A stretch of DNA of 64,000 nucleotides from Nemertoderma westbladi (lineage: Eukaryota > Animalia > Xenacoelomorpha), in assembly GCA_032718475.1 (NCBI GenBank), contig JAUCBJ010002579.1, positions 1-64,000 on the forward strand. The letters are read 5' to 3'. Shown piece by piece: positions 61,104 through 64,000 of the stretch. The notes under the pieces were generated by a model that was given only the letters and a program-made list of their open reading frames with translations, made no database searches and had not been told where the DNA came from. Within the stretch, counting starts at the first letter, position 1. Every line of letters begins with the position of its first letter. The position numbers were made by a program, and so were the translations under genes.

Positions 61104-61674
61104 TGTGACAGGATCCACCAAGGATCCCGGTTTATCCGGTTTCTTAACTACGTGTCCCCGCCGTGTGTGTGAAAAGAGTTCTGGTGTTATTAACTCTGGC
61201 TATTGTTGGTCCATAGAATATAAATATAAAGCACAAGCACAGTTGAAATAGAATAACGTGAGTACCGGTATTGTACGAATGAGATAGGCTGATAGCACTG
61301 GACGGAGACGGTGATAAGAGTCTCGGTACTACCCTAACTAACTGACTTACTAAAGAGTGAATGAATGATACAGTGAAATGGTGATATATTGCACCAGTTG
61401 GCCGCATTACACTACTCAGTCTATGCCTTCCCCCCATTGGCTAATAACTCACTTTTCACCCTCCCATCTCCCTGGGAGTACTTCCCCCCCGCTGCTGTCT
61501 CTCTCTCTCTCCCGGAGGTGTAACCTCTGACCCCCGCTGTGTGTGTTCCCTTGGGGCCTATTGTCCCCGCTTATTGGGGTGACACGAGGTTGATTGGTAA
61601 CCAACCTCGTGCTCCCAATATTGCTTAAAACCAACTCTGTGTGGGCCTGGTTAGCGGAATTGAATACGCTAACA
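61104..61674 (-). repeat. BEL-C 5' LTR (571 bp)
   Basis: Direct repeat of 48052-48627 with TG...CA ends, followed by the TSD AGTTC. Confidence 0.96.
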
Positions 61675-62089
61675 AGTTCAAATGGGAACAGCCAATAAGA
61701 ACACCAGAAAGTGTGACTACCAATAAGAGTCCAGTACTATGATAATCGATGTCGGCGTCGGGCAATGGATAAACAAGGTTAGCGATGGCGTATGGCACAG
61801 ATTTGACATAAAATATTATGCACGTAAATATTGAGTAGCTCTCTGATAAAATATAAGATTTCATTATGAAGTTAGCTAGTTAGTTAGTTAGAAGTTAGTA
61901 GTTAAAAGAAGCAACTATGTAGCTGAGATTTCCTCAAGATCCAGAGTCTATTAGAACCCTTTACCCCGTACTAACTTCAGGTCCAGCAACAAACTTTAGC
62001 TTAGTTTCTATGCCCCAAAAAATTCCTAGACCTAACTGTAGATCCCTTAACAGGTACACAGTTCATTGTTTAGTGTTTACTGTTTATTG

Positions 62090-63518
62090 TGCCCGCTGCC
62101 TCTGTATAAGGTGCCCACTGTCTCTATTTAAGGTGCCCGCTGTCTCTGTTTAAGGTGCCCAATGTCTCTGTTTAAGGTGCCCACTGTCTCTGTTTAAGGT
62201 GCCCGCTGTCTCTGTTTAAGGTGCCCGCCATCTCTGTTTACGGTGCCCGCTATCTTTGTTTAAGGTGCCCGCTGTCTCTGTTTAAGGTGCCCACTGTCTC
62301 TGTTTAAGGTGCCCGCTGTCTCTGTTTAAGGGGCCCGCTATATCTGTTTAGTGTGCCCGCTGTCTCTGTTTATTGAGCCCGATGATTCTGTTTAAGGTGC
62401 CCGTTGTCTCTGTTTAAGGAGCACGCTGTCTCTGTTTAAGGTGCCGCTGTCTCTATTTAAGGTGCCCACTGTCTCTGTTTCAGGTGCCTACTGTCTCTGT
62501 TTAAGGTGCCCACTGTCTCTGTTTCAGGTGCCGCTGTCTCTGTTTAAGGTGCCCACTGTCTCTGTTTAAGGTGCCGCTGTCTCTGTTTAAGGTGCCCACT
62601 GTCTCTGTTTCAGGTGCCTACTGCCTCTATTTAAGGTGCGCGATGTCTCTGTTTAAGGAGCCCGCTGTCTCTGTTTAAGGTGCCTGCTGTCTCTGTTTAA
62701 GGTGCCCACTGTCTCTATTTAAGGTGCCCGCTGTCTCTGTTTAAGGAACCCGCTGTCTCTGTTTAAGGTGCCCGCTGTCTCTGTTTAAGGTGCCCACTGT
62801 TTCTGTTTAAGGTGCCTACTGCCTCTATTTAAGGTGCCCGCTGTCTCTGTTTAAGGAGCCCGCTGTCTCTGTTTAAGGTGCCCGCTGTCTCTGTTCAAGG
62901 GGCCCACTGTCTCTATTTAAGGTACCCGCTGTCTCTGTTTAAGGAGCCCGCTGTCTCCGCTTAAGGTGCCCGCTGTCTCTGTTTAAGGTGCCCGCTGTCT
63001 CTGTTTAAGGTGCCCACTGTCTCTGTTTAAGGTACCCGCTGTCTCTGTTTAAGGTGCCCGCCATCTCTGTTTAAGGTGCCCGCTATATCTGTTTAAGGGA
63101 TCCGCTGTCTCTGTTTATTGTGACCGCTGTCTCTGTTTAAGGTGCCCGCTGTCTCTGTTTAAGGTGCCCGCTGTCTCTGTTTAAGGGGCCCGCTATCTCT
63201 GTTTAGTTTGCCCGCTGTCTCTGTTTATTGAGCCCGATGACTCTGTTTAAGGTGCCCACTGTCTCTGTTTAAGGTACCCGCTGTCTCTGTTTAAGGTGCC
63301 CGCCATCTCTGTTTAAGGGACCCGCTATCTCTGTTTAGTTTGCCCGCTGTCTCTGTTTATTGAGCCCAATGACTCTGTTTAAGATGCCCGCTGTCTCTAT
63401 TTAAGGTGCCCACTGTCTCTGTTTAAGGGGCCCGCTATCTCTGTTTAGTTTGCCCGCTGTCTCTGTTTATTTAGCCCGATGACTCTGTTTAAGGTGCCCG
63501 CTGTCTCTGTTTAAGGTG
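62090..63518. repeat. 22-bp tandem satellite/minisatellite, roughly 65 units
   Basis: Consensus AAGGTGCCCGCTGTCTCTGTTT repeated head to tail with recurring variants. Confidence 0.95.
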
Positions 63519-64000
63519 CTAATAGTTGGTAACAGATTTTGCATTAGATGATTAAGTTAATATCAAAATTACCAAAAATATTCCCAAATTACTTTTGAAA
63601 TAAAAAAAACAATAAAAATTAAAAATAACTTTTTAATTTTTGTAATATCGAAATATCGAAAATTATAACAACTCAAAAATTAATTTTGCTGGCGCCCCCT
63701 CTGATTGGCGCCGAGGGGCGAGTAACCCGCTATTATAGCTACGCCTCTGTAGGTAGGCTACAGTACAACTAATGTACTGTACAGTAGGTAGGCATACTGT
63801 ATGTAATACGGCCTCTGCTTACTGTTATATACCCCGTCTACTGTACTGTATTAATACAACGTTTGTTTGTTTGTTTGTTGATGTATACAATATCAATATG
63901 AACATAAAAATTTTGGCGTTGCTCCTAATTGCTCTGAACTGTATTAATAGTTACTGTATTTGCCGCGTATAACCATTATACTGTATAAATTGGAATATAC

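Larger units (their letters stand above)
48052..61674 (-). mobile_element. Full-length BEL/Pao LTR retrotransposon (BEL-C), 13.6 kb, with accessory ORF3
   Basis: Two TG...CA LTRs, 5-bp TSD AGTTC (48047-48051, 61675-61679), a PPT abutting the left LTR, and minus-strand gag-pol followed by ORF3. Confidence 0.96.

Noticed and set aside
62090-63518. Possible CRISPR array
   Set aside because: Head-to-tail monomers without unique spacers, no cas genes and a eukaryotic context. The same applies to 52350-52700.
32937-63749. CAGTGGCGCAGCCATA and TATAGCTACGCCTCTG as ends of one giant hAT-like element
   Set aside because: The flanks (TATGACCC vs TAGGTAGG) are not a TSD, and such ends are common among short MITEs.

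Overview
TE-rich, AT-rich window from a eukaryote, most likely an invertebrate animal; the species cannot be determined from the sequence. Three host genes are recognisable, each with an uninterrupted ORF: COMMD10 (7943-8539,+), TPGS1 (8548-9279,+; ATG only 8 nt after the COMMD10 stop, a probable dicistronic unit) and MMS22L (17961-21656,-). The rest is mostly mobile DNA. It includes nested non-autonomous DNA transposons with resolvable TIRs and TSDs (piggyBac, hAT-like, Harbinger-like, TA-TSD and unclassified), two tRNA-derived SINE copies, a near-intact RTEX-like LINE whose ORF1 carries 17 E/R/K-rich 13-aa repeats, an RTE fragment, a 22-bp satellite and three BEL/Pao LTR retrotransposons. 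The full-length BEL/Pao element (48052-61674,-; AGTTC TSD) carries an extra ORF3 in the env position that encodes a WRN/EXD/Mut-7-like DEDDy 3'-5' exonuclease followed by three zinc knuckles. A second BEL element has a decayed homologue of ORF3, and the third has the start of a related ORF. These ORFs are preceded by GC-rich stem-loop elements. The full-length element has no tRNA-type PBS; its PBS position is instead complementary to a 9-mer inside its own LTR, which suggests self-priming. All homology calls come from motif recognition by eye; no database search was run.
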